Source: Eledone cirrhosa
Lineage: Eukaryota
DNA length: 64,000 bases
NCBI GenBank assembly: GCA_964016885.1
Contig: OZ024740.1
Span: 371,256,001-371,320,000, forward strand
Direction: 5' to 3'
The notes below the pieces were generated by a model. The model did no database searches. It saw nothing but the letters and a program-made list of their open reading frames with translations, and was not told where the DNA came from. Positions 51,446-64,000 of the stretch are shown in pieces. Made by a program: the position numbers and the translations under genes. The first letter of the stretch is position 1. Every line of letters starts with the position of its first letter.

Positions 51446-52526
51446 TATATCATCATCATCATCATTATCGTTTAACGTACATTTTCCACATAATAAGATC
51501 GAGCCGTATCTGAGGATCTTGCGATTTCAGAGTCAGGTTCGATCATCGCATCGATCGTGCCTCGAGCTGGTCGCCAGAGAAACGATTGTAATATGTCTAA
51601 TAAATTTTAATTCGTCACACTACTTATTATCGCACCGTTTATTATGTGATATTATACTCTGCTCTGTAAGAGCATCGAGTGCTCAAACGACCTACCGCAT
51701 ACAGACACTTTAAGCATCCCACACCAATTATATATATATATATGTGTGTGTGTGTGTGATTGTGTGTATATATATAGTGAGCTCTTGTCAAAAAAGTAGA
51801 ACATCACCTAGATTCTTGGATGGTGTAAAAACGATGCTAGGCAACACTATAAAAATGTAGGCTTCTTGTTAATATTTAATTACTGGGGTCATATGATTTT
51901 ATTTTTGAAATCTGGAACAAAGTTTTGTTTATTTTTATTTTGGTAACTTTTTATTGTTGTTTTATTTAGCCTTGTGTGCAAACATATCTTCTTATTAGGT
52001 CGTAATTTTTTTTATGGTATAATGTAATTAGATTGTGCTACATCTGTTTTAGATACCTTGATAGCCTCCACTAAAATAAACAACCATTTGTCAAACTTCA
52101 AGGAAGGAGAGAGTTTTTATTTTAACTTTATGGTGAAGGCCATCATTTCTGAGCTATCAAAATGTAGCTGAAAGACAAGATAAACAACAACAATAAGTGT
52201 TTTAAGACTATTTTCCCTGCTAAAGGATGTGGTGTGTGGTGAGGGAGTTAGCCTTGCTGGCCCCATGACAGGCTTCATACTCATCATGGGGGCCTTTCTG
52301 AGACAATGTTTTACAGCTACTTGCCTTTCCTTGCATCAAAATAGTCGACTATTGTAAACACAGGTATATAGTTTATATATTCTAAACTGGATACAAACAG
52401 CACCAAAAAGTAAGTAAAAGAAAGAATAATAATACTTTTGTTTAGTTGATCATCAAAATAAAGCAAGAGGGCCAACAGCCAGAAAAAAATTAGTTCTGGT
52501 AGAAAGAATATCTTCTATCTAATAGT

Positions 52527-52895
52527 TTAACCCTTTTTAAATATTTTTGAAAATAAAGAAGAATTTGGAAAGATGTATTAAAATAACTAACTTAGCATTT
52601 AAACCGGCCATATCCAGCCAGAATTCCCTCACCTCTTTCTGTTTAAACAGGCCATAACCAGCCACTCATACTGATGTTAAGGTATTGTTCTCAAAATCTC
52701 ATAGATTCAATATTATGTGAGATAATAATGTGAGCTAAAGTCTTTACCATGAAAATATAATAGTAAATATAGAGTAATGTAAATGCTAAAGAGTTAATAA
52801 AGATTTCTACATAAAATTATGATGGAAGGCTTTTAGATAAATGTAAATAATTTTATATTGTAGAACCAGCAATGGTTTGGTATCAAAAGAGTTAA
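52527..52895. mobile_element. Nested piggyBac-type MITEs (family 1 at 52587-52797 inside family 2)
   Basis: Outer TTAACCC...GAGTTAA ends. The inner segment is the reverse complement of 9965-10180. Confidence 0.75.
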
Positions 52896-54008
52896 AAGAT
52901 TAAAGAAGATTCAGAATGTTAGCCTCAAATGACTGAGGAGGTTAACCATAACTTATTATTACTGAAGAATTTTATTTCAAGTAATGTTAGAAATATATCC
53001 CATCATATTGAAGGTTTCTGTTTATAGTATGACATGGACCCAAAAGTTTAATTTGTCAAGAGAAAAAAAACATTTTTATTCTATGAACTGAACAAAAAAA
53101 AATATTGATTTCTTCCTAAATGTTATCTTCTTGGACAAATGAGGATTTCTCCCTCCTCACTGATAACCTACATTGATAGTTGAGCAGATCAAACAAAAAA
53201 ACTAACCCGTTCATTACCATATTTTTAATGAAAAACACTGCTTATAATTATCAAATAATTTTGAAAATAATCAAGAATTTGGAGGAATTTAGCAGTATAA
53301 CCAACTTTCTTATTATTCAGCTGGTGTTTGGAGCATAATTCAATAAAGGTTCTTACAAACAATTATGATGGAAGGTTTTTATATAAATATATGATAGGAA
53401 GGGCATCTAGCCATAGAAAGCTTGACAAACCAAGGGTTGGGAGGACCCTTCAGTTGTGTCAAAGACACAACAACCACTCCTGTGCACTTGGTAGAACATG
53501 ATACTGTACATAAGTGAGATGCAGATTCCTGGCCTGTCTAGATCAGTAGCCCCATTTCACGATTGACATGGTCTTTGTAGACCTGTCAAAACCTTGCTAG
53601 CAGAGAAAGAAGACATTAAAAAGATGATGTTGACAACTATAAACACATTAAGACAAACAGTAGTGGATTTAGTTGGTTTGGTATTAAAAACGTTAAGGAA
53701 GATTGCTTATAGTTAGCTAGAATATTTAGAAGTGGTATGACATCATAACAATTTGTTCAGGTTTTAAAAAACCTTCCTGTTTTTGTACAACAGCTTATTT
53801 AGCCCAGACTGTCAATATATAAACATGATAATACTCCTGTTCATTCTGCCTAATGTATATTGGGACTGTATAATCTTCACAATTGAACTCTATTGAAAAA
53901 TGTTATAGTAGATCATTCAATCAAAGTTGTATATATTTAAATAAAAGGAATTTTTATTCATATGGTATTTCAAGAAAGAATAGTACAAATTAGAGACCAA
54001 GATTATTG

Positions 54009-54040
<32 letters not shown>

Positions 54041-55237
54041 AACACAAAAAAAACAACAACAACAACAACAAAAAGCCCACAACAAAAAGAGAAACAAAGA
54101 TAAAAGAAAAAAAAACTTTCTGACAATATGATGAAAAGGATTAGAAATACAAACTAAAAGATAATCATGCTGGAAGCTTCGATTATTGAATTTTGGTTAT
54201 GAATAAACATAAATTCTATTTTTGAAAAAGAAAAAAATCTCTCAATACAATAACTGATTTGATTTTAACTTGCAGGTGTTCCATTTTTTAGCGTATGTGT
54301 GTATATGTGTGTGTTTGTGTGTGTGGGTGTGTGTGCGTGCGCGCGTGTGTGTGTGTGTGTGTGTGTGTGTTTGTGTATGTGTGTATGCATGTGTGCATGT
54401 GTGTGTGTGTGTTTAGATGTATATTTAATAAATAGAAGTATATAAAGAAATATAATCAAATCATTCACCCACTCTTCTTCCTTTTTTCCTTTCCCTTCAT
54501 TTTCTCTGTCTTTTGCTATGTATACATTGTATATATATAAGCCTATCTTTGTTGCATGTGCCTTGTCCATATTCCTTGCAATAACTTCTATTAATTTCAG
54601 TCAATTCCAGGCCTTCTCTCATGTACTATTCATTCTCATGAATGTCCCTTTATCCATACTAGCATGGGTTGGACATATTATCACAATCCCAATCAGTACT
54701 TAATTGGAGCTGCTATTCTCCAAGGGAGGCTGAGAGCCACATCTTACATATGAAGCAGTTTTTGGTATGGTTTCTACAGAAGGATGCTCTTCCTAACACC
54801 AACCACTTTACAGAGCATACTGAAGACATTGCTAGTTAGAGGTTTCAACTAAGTTTTATGTATATGTGTGCGTATGTGAATGTATATATGTACGTATAGT
54901 GGTTGCAGCATGGTCGAATGGTTAAGAAGTTTGCTTGGCTATCATCATCATCATTGTATAATGTCCATCTTCCACGCTAGCATGGGTTAGACGGTTTTGT
55001 TCCATTTGATGCGGGATTGGTCAGGAGACCGTGTGTTGCTTGTTTTCTAATAGCCCACCAGATTAAGGTGCATGGGACTCTGTCATACGCTATCTCCAAG
55101 TCAACAAAAGCTAAGTAGAAGGGTTTACTTTTAGCTAGGTACTTCTCCTGTATATATATTTATTTAATTAAAACAACAGAAGGCCAGACTAGAGATATCC
55201 TTTTAAAGTTTTATTGTTACAAAAAACATTATATATA

Positions 55238-55701
55238 CTAGCAGAAAAACCACCCGAAGGGTGGTTTTCTACTAGCATGTGTAGTGAGTATATTGATATA
55301 CACAAGTAGATATGATATGTCAAATACAATCGTAATTGACAATATACACAGAAATTGAAGAGAGACTGTGTTACACTCTTTTATGTAATCAGTAAAGTAA
55401 TCCATGATACATTAAAAAAAAGACGATATTATATATAAACTGCATTAGGAGAAAATTAGTGACAGAAAATTAATATGTTTATTTAAGCGATCGCCACCGG
55501 AAGTGTTGACATTTGAAAATTTTAAAGTGAATCTTTAAATAAATAATAAAATATATTTAATGAACAGCCACGAAATTTAGTAGATAAATTATGTAATATT
55601 CATTCATTATTTATTCAAAGTAATCCAACTTATTTTACTAATGGGATAAAAAATTATAAACCGTATGCAGTCCCACGCTTCTTACTTTATTATAGTTTAG
55701 A
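55238..55701 (-). mobile_element. Non-autonomous Helitron (464 bp)
   Basis: The minus strand starts A|TCTAAACTATAATAAAG and ends with the hairpin AAAACCACCCTTCGGGTGGTTTT then CTGCTAG|T. It is inserted between A and T without a TSD. Confidence 0.8.
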
Positions 55702-56589
55702 TTCCAATGGTTTTGTTACGTAAGACCCTGGCCACATCATCAGGTGTGGATTGCATAATTAGTTAATGAATAACACTGAATTTACGGGCTATCCCAAATC
55801 AAATATATTCTCTGTTCTCTGTGATTCCTTTTATTGATTAACTAATTATGCAATCTGCACCTTCGACAAGTGTCATTTACCATAGCCTTGGGTTGACACA
55901 TGCTTTGTAAAATTAGGTAGACAGAAACTGTTTGGAAGCCTGTTGTATACTGTGGTATGATCTATCTCCCCAAGAGTTATGTTAATGATATATATGTCTG
56001 TGGAATTTTCAGCCATTTAGACATTAATTTCATGAGCAGGCTGTACTGTTGATTGATTGACTGGAACATTCATTGGTGAAACTGATGGAGGTCCATTCCA
56101 TATGTATATATATAAGTATAAGACTGAATGCTTAAGAAGTTCACTTTGGAAGAATGAAGCACTGGTTTCAGTCTTATTGCAGAGCACCGTAGTCAAGTGT
56201 CTATGGAATACTCAACCACATACACTATAATCCAATGTGTTGGTACTTCTGTTGATTGAGCAACTGGAATACTCATTGTTGAAATCATTAGAAGGTCCCT
56301 TTATCTATTTTTTAGTTATATGTTTATTTCTGTACATGTGTGTGTGTGTATGGTTGCGTGTTTATATATATGTATATATATGTGCGCCAGAGGTCCGTCT
56401 ATATATTTTCTTGGTGGTTGATTAGCTATATATTTCTCACTGGTTAAGATGGAGAAGATGAATTAAATATATATTTCTCGCTAGTTAGTTCAGAGAGAGT
56501 GAAATTAGTTGCTGTTCCTTCTCCCCATTTTCCTGGCTATCTATCCGACTCACCACCATACTTCTAGCCCAATCAAACAGAAGCAGCAG

Positions 56590-57140
56590 TAAAATACAGA
56601 AAGTACAGTAGCCAGAGTGAGAAAGGGATGGAAAAGTTCCAGAGAGTTACTGCTGCTGCTAGCTACAAAAGGCTTTTCCCTCAAAATGAAGAGCAGATTG
56701 TATGATGTGTGTATAGGAAAAGCAATGCTGCATGGTAGTAGAACTTGGGTTCTGTGTGCAGAGGACCTACAAAGATTGGAAAGAAATGAAGTCTGCATGC
56801 TCCAATGGATGTGTTCTAGTAATATACATGAACGGCAAAGTGCAAATGAACTGAGAGAGAAACGAGGCATAAGAGGGATGAGATCCCATGTGCAGGAGAG
56901 GAGATTGCAGTGGTATGGATATATGATGCATATGAAGGATGACAACTGTATAAAAAGGTGCAGCGCACTCAAAGTTGATGGAAGCTATGGAAAAGAAAGA
57001 CCTAGGAAAGCTTCAGATGAGTTGATAAAAGCTGACCTCACATAATTGAATACCTCAAAGGCGATGACACAGGATCAAGATCTCTAGCGCTATGCAGTAT
57101 TGCAGAAAATCCACCTTCCTATGTGCATGGCATGAAGCAA
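56590..57140 (+). mobile_element. RTE LINE C-terminal fragment
   Basis: 142-aa ORF: KGFSLKMKSRLYD..MLHGS.TW..LERNE..RRLQWYG. Confidence 0.85.
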
Positions 57141-57361
57141 CATCTAGTGGTCTTTAGTATGCACCACTTCTCCCCCACCCCTTTTCTTATACCTTCCACG
57201 TCTTAACACGTCGGGGTCCTGAATCTTTTCATATATATATATATGTATATATATATGCATACATATATATTTATTAAAATAACAGATTAAAGTTTAAGCA
57301 AAGAATCGCTGCTTTCACCCTTAACGGGATCTTCTGAAATAAATATTTGCTCTAGGGTCTT

Positions 57362-57840
57362 ATCATCATCATCATCATCATTTTACGTCCGCTTTTCCCT
57401 GCTTGCAAGGGTTGGACGGGTCCTATTCAGCACAGCATCTCTCCACCCGTCACGGTCCTTTGTCATCTCCTGCGTGAGTTTCAGCGATCTGAGGTCTGCT
57501 CTCACCACCTCCGCCCATGTTTTTTGTGCTCTACCTCTACTGCGTCTTCCCTCCACTGGGACTTCCTGGCACTTCTTCACCCATCGGTCATCCTCCATGC
57601 GCATCACATGTCCATACCATTTCAGCCTTCTCTTATACCCAGTTTCTTTCTCAACTCGTCTATGCTTGGTCGTTCACACACATTGACATTGCACATCCAA
57701 CGGAGCATACTTGCTTCATTTCTCTCCAGCCATCGCATATCTTCTACAGTTACTGCCCATGTCTCACTACCATGCAGCATTGCACATCTCACACAGGCAT
57801 CATATAACCGTCCTTTCATATGCAGGGAGAAACCCTTCTT
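57362..57840 (-). mobile_element. RTE 3' fragment inserted into a short hammerhead-like element
   Basis: KGFSLHMKGRLYDACVRCAMLHGSETW..KTWAEVVRADL with a (GAT)n tail. Its flanks rejoin to match 51276-51445. Confidence 0.85.
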
Positions 57841-57936
57841 TGATATATATTTATCCTTATCGAGCCATCTCTGGATTTTAGTCTTCACATTTATTATTAT
57901 TATTGCATACATATATATATATGTTTATACACACAC

Positions 57937-58007
<71 letters not shown>

Positions 58008-58268
58008 AACATCCATTATCCTTGCTATATGTATATATGTGTGTCTGTGTATCTCTGTTTATGTATATGCTTGCATCTATGTCTGTTCTGTAACTTGGAC
58101 AAAAAGGAATTGATAAAAAAAGTACCAGACTTGTAAAAATAAGTACTGGAGTCAATATGGTCAACTAAATTAAGACAGTGCCTCAGCATGGCTGCATCTA
58201 AGTAAATATATATATCAGAGAGGGTGTGGTAAGATACCAGGTGGACTATATATATATATATATATATA

Positions 58269-58877
58269 TGGTGGCTGCCAACTCGTTTTCGAGTACGGCC
58301 ACTACTTTATATCCATGTAGGAGAACCCCTACCGATGCGCTGAACGAGTGTGACTTTTCAGTCCAGCCAGCGACTTGAAAACTCTGGTACAAACACTACA
58401 CTTGTTACAAGTATTGTCACATAGTGCTGGGCCCAGGTACCATGTGATGACAAGTGCAGAGAGATCTCCAGATATAAAGCAATGCCTGTGCCGTGAAGCT
58501 TTTATAGTGAGCAAAGGCACTGCACAAAGCCAGTCCCACTCTCTTAACCAAGATGATATTTACCAAAAAGAAGAACAAGTCAACATCATTGGATACCATC
58601 AGGGTTGCAGGTGTTATATCAGAGTTTTCCTTCTCCTAGAATTCTGCCTTGACAAAGGCTAAGGGGTCATCTCTCCCGGTGATTTTGGATGGCCATTGAC
58701 TCTTAAGAGCTCCTTTGCCCTTTGACAGGTTTTGTTTTTAGTCCTGCAGGATATCTAAAGTCACCCTCCTCATCAAGAAACTTTGGTGGGGTTGCCAGTT
58801 TAGTCACCAATGACCCGACCATGGGACAGGTTGTACTGGGATACATGTTACCAGTAGCACCAAGTGGTGACCTGACA
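58269..58877 (-). mobile_element. Non-autonomous bipartite RTE derivative (5' UTR fused to 3' end)
   Basis: Contains the RTE 5' UTR-like motif CTAGGAGAAGGAAAACTCTGA and a terminal C2H2 finger CSVCTRVFKSLAGLKSHTRSAH*. It has (TA)n on both sides. Confidence 0.55.
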
Positions 58878-59347
58878 TATATATACATACATACCCTATA
58901 TAAAAAGATATTTTAGACCATATTTTAAAGTTAAATTTATGGAGTCAACTATTACATAGATACTACTTCTGAGGGCTTGAAATTCCAGCTACAATCCAAA
59001 ATACCATATCAGTAGCAGAAACCCAACTCAGCTCTAAAGGAATAATAATAAAAAACAATGAATTACAGTAATATTATCAATTCTATGTATTGAAACAACT
59101 ATAGGGCAGGCTACAGTAAGGCAGGCACATGTTTAAGTAAATTTTTAGTTTCAGATATGTATTTACAATAATATAAACTTGCCTTAAATTCATGATGATT
59201 TTGTAGTAGTGTTATTTTTACATACAGGAGATGCCGTGACCCACAAATGTTAACTTATTATCTGTAAAATACTAGGGTTGACTATTATTTAAGTTTTATA
59301 GAAAAGTCCAGATTTTTTACTCCAGATATATTACTCGAGTATATATG

Positions 59348-59380
<33 letters not shown>

Positions 59381-59400
59381 GATATATAGATATAGATATA

Positions 59401-59502
59401 GAGGGAGTCCTCAAAAAATGTATACACACTTTTTGATTACCTGTACAGGCAATATTTATTAAAATACTGTTGAAGTGTGTATACATTTTTAGGGACACCC
59501 TG
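59401..59502. mobile_element. Tc1/mariner-type MITE (102 bp)
   Basis: TA-flanked ~31-bp TIRs GAGGGAGTCCTCAAAAAATGTATACACACTT / AAGTGTGTATACATTTTTAGGGACACCCTG. Confidence 0.75.
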
Positions 59503-60481
59503 TAGAGGATGATGATCATGGTGATATATATATATATATATATCATCATTTAATGTCTGTTTTCTTTCCCAGCTAGCAAAGGTTGGTCAGGTCATCACAG
59601 ATCAAGTCAGTACTTAGTCAGAGCTAGTAACCTCAAGATGGGCTGGAGGTTGCATCCTGCTTAATGACATTCCCACATTTTACAGAGTGCACTGGGTACA
59701 TTTCATAATGGCACCAGCACACACGCATATATTTATTGCATGCAGGTGGTACTTCCTGTGTTGTTACCAGCTGTGTACAATGAAAAATCATAATGTCTAA
59801 TAATGCATTGAGTACTTTTACTTCTGTTTATGAAACAAGTACACATGTATATGTACATACAAATTATGCATATTATAAATTATGTTATGTTGTTAGATTT
59901 CTTACTTTTTTACACAAACATGTGTAATAATACTAATTTATTATATATGATTTTGTTTTACGCTCATGTGCACATGTATCTCTCTCTAAATAAAAAAAAA
60001 ACTACAACATATTTTATTCTTTTTCTGCTTAAAATAATTTTAGCTGGAATTCGTTGCTGCCATTTCGTATTATGACATTAACTACGTATTGATTTCTTTT
60101 TCCTTTTCTTCATTCTACTTTCACTTTTCACAACAGACCAGTTGTAAGAGAATTTAAGTTTAAATAAAAAAAAAAAAAAATGAAAAATAATTACATAGAA
60201 GATATTCATGACAATGGTAGCTATAACGATGATGATGATTATGATAGTGATTACAATGTTGATGATGATGACTATGATGATATATTTTTTACACATGGCT
60301 GCAATTACAGAGAAGAATTCTTTTTTTTTTGTTCAAAAGACACTTGGCTAACCTTGTATTGAATTTTAAATTAACAATTAACATAACAATTAGGCTTTAA
60401 AAAATTAGGCATGTGCTTGGGGATTTTTTTAATACTTTGATATTTTTTAATTTTATTTATTGGAAATTTAAATTTTTGTCA

Positions 60482-60542
<61 letters not shown>

Positions 60543-60568
60543 TATATGTATATATATATGTATGTATG

Positions 60569-60600
<32 letters not shown>

Positions 60601-61204
60601 CACACACATATATATATACAATTATAAATATATATGTATGTTTATATATATATACATACACACACATTTATGCAATTATATATATATATATATATGTGTG
60701 TTTTGTATTTATATACACACCCGCGCATATATATATACACACTATATTTTAAATTTAATTTAGTTTCTTTTCTAAACTTTTGGGAAATTTTTACTTGCTA
60801 AATAAACAAAATTTCTTGCATGTTTTCGATTGTTAATTTGGTTGAAAAGTCAAAACTTGTGATTTCTAATTTTTTAAAATGTTTATTGACAAAAACTTTG
60901 TTGTTCTTGTTTTTGCTGTTGTTATTTTTGTTGTGGTCATTATTGTTGTTGTTATTGTATCTTAGCATGATTTATCAAATAAGAATCGTATCTCACATAG
61001 CTGTTGGGGTAAAATAGAGTGCGATATTGTATTTTAAGTTCAAACCTACTGCAGGCATTATGTAGTGTATTTGGACAGGAAATATATTTCATTTTACTAT
61101 TAGAAGAATAGCTGTCAATATGTTTCCTGTTATAGACTAGTCTGTTGTGGAAGATATCTTTCTTATCTGTTTAATACTATGAAGCTCAAGGTGAATACTG
61201 AATT

Positions 61205-61447
61205 TTAACCCTTTTGATATCAAACCACATAAAACTGGCCCTGGTTCTACAATATAAATCTGTTTATTTTAAAAATATTTATTTAAAACATCCAATCATA
61301 ATTTTATGTAAGAACCTTTGTTATGCCATGTTCCAAACATCAGGTTAATAACGAGAAATTTATATTACTAAATTCACCCGTTTTTCTTGATTATTTTCAA
61401 AATGATTTGAAAATCATAGACAGTGTCTTTTGTGGTAAGAGGGTTAA
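61205..61447. mobile_element. piggyBac-type MITE (family 2)
   Basis: TTAACCCTTTTGATA...GGTAAGAGGGTTAA ends. Homologous to 3474-3667 and 62955-63243. Confidence 0.7.
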
Positions 61448-62019
61448 TAGTTCATGGATGGATGCTCTAGAAAGCATTTGTTCTGGTGAAGAAAAGTATG
61501 TTTGGGTGGATGGCAAGGTAGTTACTAGCAATAGGTAGGTTTCTCAAATTTCTATATTTGCTGTGTGACATATTATGAACAGGGTGATGTAGAAATCTCA
61601 GGTAGATTTTTATTTCAGGAGGAATTGAAATCAGCATTGCAGAGCACTCCTCAATTCTACAGTACTTTTGCTAATAAGTGTTGTTTTCAATGCCTCACAT
61701 TTGTATAGGTTTAGCTAGCTGTCTATGTATCATAGGTATCTTAGTTGTTTTATTAATAGGGGCCCCAGTTCTATCATGTTACTGATGACAGGAGGTGGGA
61801 TTTGAACTTAGAACTTACAGAGCTCAAACAGTTATTGCTGTTACAATATTGTCCATTCACCACTCTGGTCTGGTACTTTATTTATTGACTGAAAGGATGG
61901 AAGGTAAAGTTGACCTCAGCAGGATTTGAAATCTGAGCACAGAGAATTAGAACAAATATTGCAAAGCATTTAACACCCAACACATTACACAACATTTACC
62001 TCATTTTTGCTGCCTGTAG

Positions 62020-62054
<35 letters not shown>

Positions 62055-62058
<4 letters not shown>

Positions 62059-62472
62059 AAAAGCCGACCTTACCCAATTGCACCTCTCAAAGGCGATGAC
62101 ACAGGACTGTGACCTCTGGCGTCACACAGTAATACAGAAGACCCTACTTCCCACAGGTACAAGTCGAAGCTGAAGCATATAGACAATATACCCCCACCCC
62201 TTCCACTGCAAAGTGGTTGTGTAGGTGTCATGACAAAAAGCACCCAGCCGACACTGTAAAGTCGTCATGTAGGCGCCATGGAAAAAAAGCACCCAGCACT
62301 CACTGTAAATGAGGTTGGTGTTAGGAAGGGCATCCAGCTGTATAAATCAAGCCAAAATCATTTTCCGTATGAGCAAGACAAGGTCAGTCGACCGGGCACT
62401 GCCCACAACAGGACAACCCATCTAACCCATACTAGTGTGGAAGAATGGATGTAAAACGGTGATGATGATGAT
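62055..62472 (+). mobile_element. RTE-B family 3' fragment
   Basis: Matches 36973-37387. It has a (GAT)n tail and (TA)n on both sides. Confidence 0.9.
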
Positions 62473-63549
62473 ATATATATATATGAATGAATAATCAAAT
62501 TTAATGTAGAAATGGCTTTTTCAGGATGTATTGAGTACCTTACCTTTATAGTGATTACCCCCTATTGAACCCAGGACTCACACACACATATGTATGGTAA
62601 AATTAAAATAAAATAAATAATATAAAAAATATCAAAGTATTAAAAAAATCTGCAAGTACATGCTCATTTATTGTGATCATATAACACAATGCAGTACCAT
62701 TAATAAGATATGAACTGGCAACCTTTTTGATTATTACCTCCAACTTTACTAGCAATATGGCTATTTATTGCTGTCTTGAATGGAGCATTTCAATGGATAT
62801 TCAAATTTGGGTTGGTCTCAAAGAAGCAATATTGGTTTATATGGACAAAGCCAAAGTGAAATGATGCAGATCAATAGATATTTTTTGTTTTCATCTTTTT
62901 TTTTCTTTTTGACTGGCAGTCTAATCCAGCCCAAGATAAAACATCACTCATCTGCTAACCTGTTTGATACTAAACTGCATAAATCCACACCTGGTTCTTT
63001 GATACAAAGCTGTTTATTTAAAAGAATGTATATTTATCTAAAACCCTTCCATTATTTAATGTAAGAACCCTTGGCAAGTTATGTTTCAAACATCAGCTTA
63101 TTGAGAAAGTTATATATATATATATATTTATATATTACTTCTTTTACCATCCCCACTCCACCCCCAATCCTTGATTATTTCCAAAATGGTTTGAAGCACA
63201 TAGGCAATGTCTTTCATTAGAAATATGGTAATGAATGGGTTAATATCATGTATACTTAGATATTATGTTCTAGATATGATTTTTATACTAGATATGATTT
63301 TTTCTTTTTAGATAACACATACACTAGACATGCAATGTTTGTCGAAAGTTATAGTACTTAGTTCTATAAAGTTTCTCATTGAATGAAAGACACAGTCAAA
63401 CTCCCCACCAATGTAATTTGAACTCAGAAGCTTTAAGTATTGATTGAAATATAAAATAGAACTTAATGTTCTTTTTTGGCAAGTTGCACATTCACATTCA
63501 AACATAAAAGCAAACATACAAATACACACATGTAATATATGTACATGTA

Positions 63550-63616
<67 letters not shown>

Positions 63617-63631
63617 ATATATATATATATG

Positions 63632-63680
<49 letters not shown>

Positions 63681-64000
63681 GTCTGTATGTATGTGTGTGT
63701 GTACACATAACATAGAAACATGCACACATACATATATGAATATACATGCAGACATACATTTTGTTAGAAACTACTGATATTTTCCTCTTAAAGTATCTAA
63801 TGTATGTATGTGTTACCATGTGCATATATATATGAGCATATGTATGATGTGTATATATATATATATATATACACATGTATAAATAATATATATATGTATA
63901 AATAAAAAAAATGTATATATATATAAATAAAAAAAAATATATATATATATTACGCACATGCCCATACACACCTCTTTATATACATACACTCACAAACATT

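Noticed and set aside
60413-63969. Numerous [10 protein letters not shown]-rich ORFs (also near 23014 and 27379)
   Set aside because: They are stop-free frames produced by (TA)n and (TG)n repeats, with no protein homology evident.

Overview
AT-rich, microsatellite-dense eukaryotic (animal) DNA, intronic or intergenic in character. The repeat repertoire suggests a cephalopod/Octopus-like genome, which is an inference rather than a database result. No host protein-coding gene can be called with confidence. The window is dominated by mobile elements. There are two near-full-length but disabled RTE-clade LINEs placed head-to-head (27606-31442 minus; 33396-37387 plus), many RTE 3' fragments with (GAT)n tails, an L1/Tx1-type LINE, a decayed R4/Dong-type LINE, a Penelope-like RT fragment and a mariner fossil. 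Smaller elements include TTAA-flanked piggyBac-type MITEs, a non-autonomous Helitron and tRNA-derived SINEs. The most interesting signal lies between the two RTEs. It is a ~464-bp tandem array (31484-32874) whose monomers carry a minimal type I hammerhead ribozyme on the minus strand plus an upstream octamer, and it ends in an inverted segment. This is a candidate retrozyme / Penelope-mobilised circular-RNA element. Several unrelated short elements elsewhere show the same combination of a hammerhead-like motif, an inverted end and (TA)n flanks. Boundaries were read by eye and are approximate.
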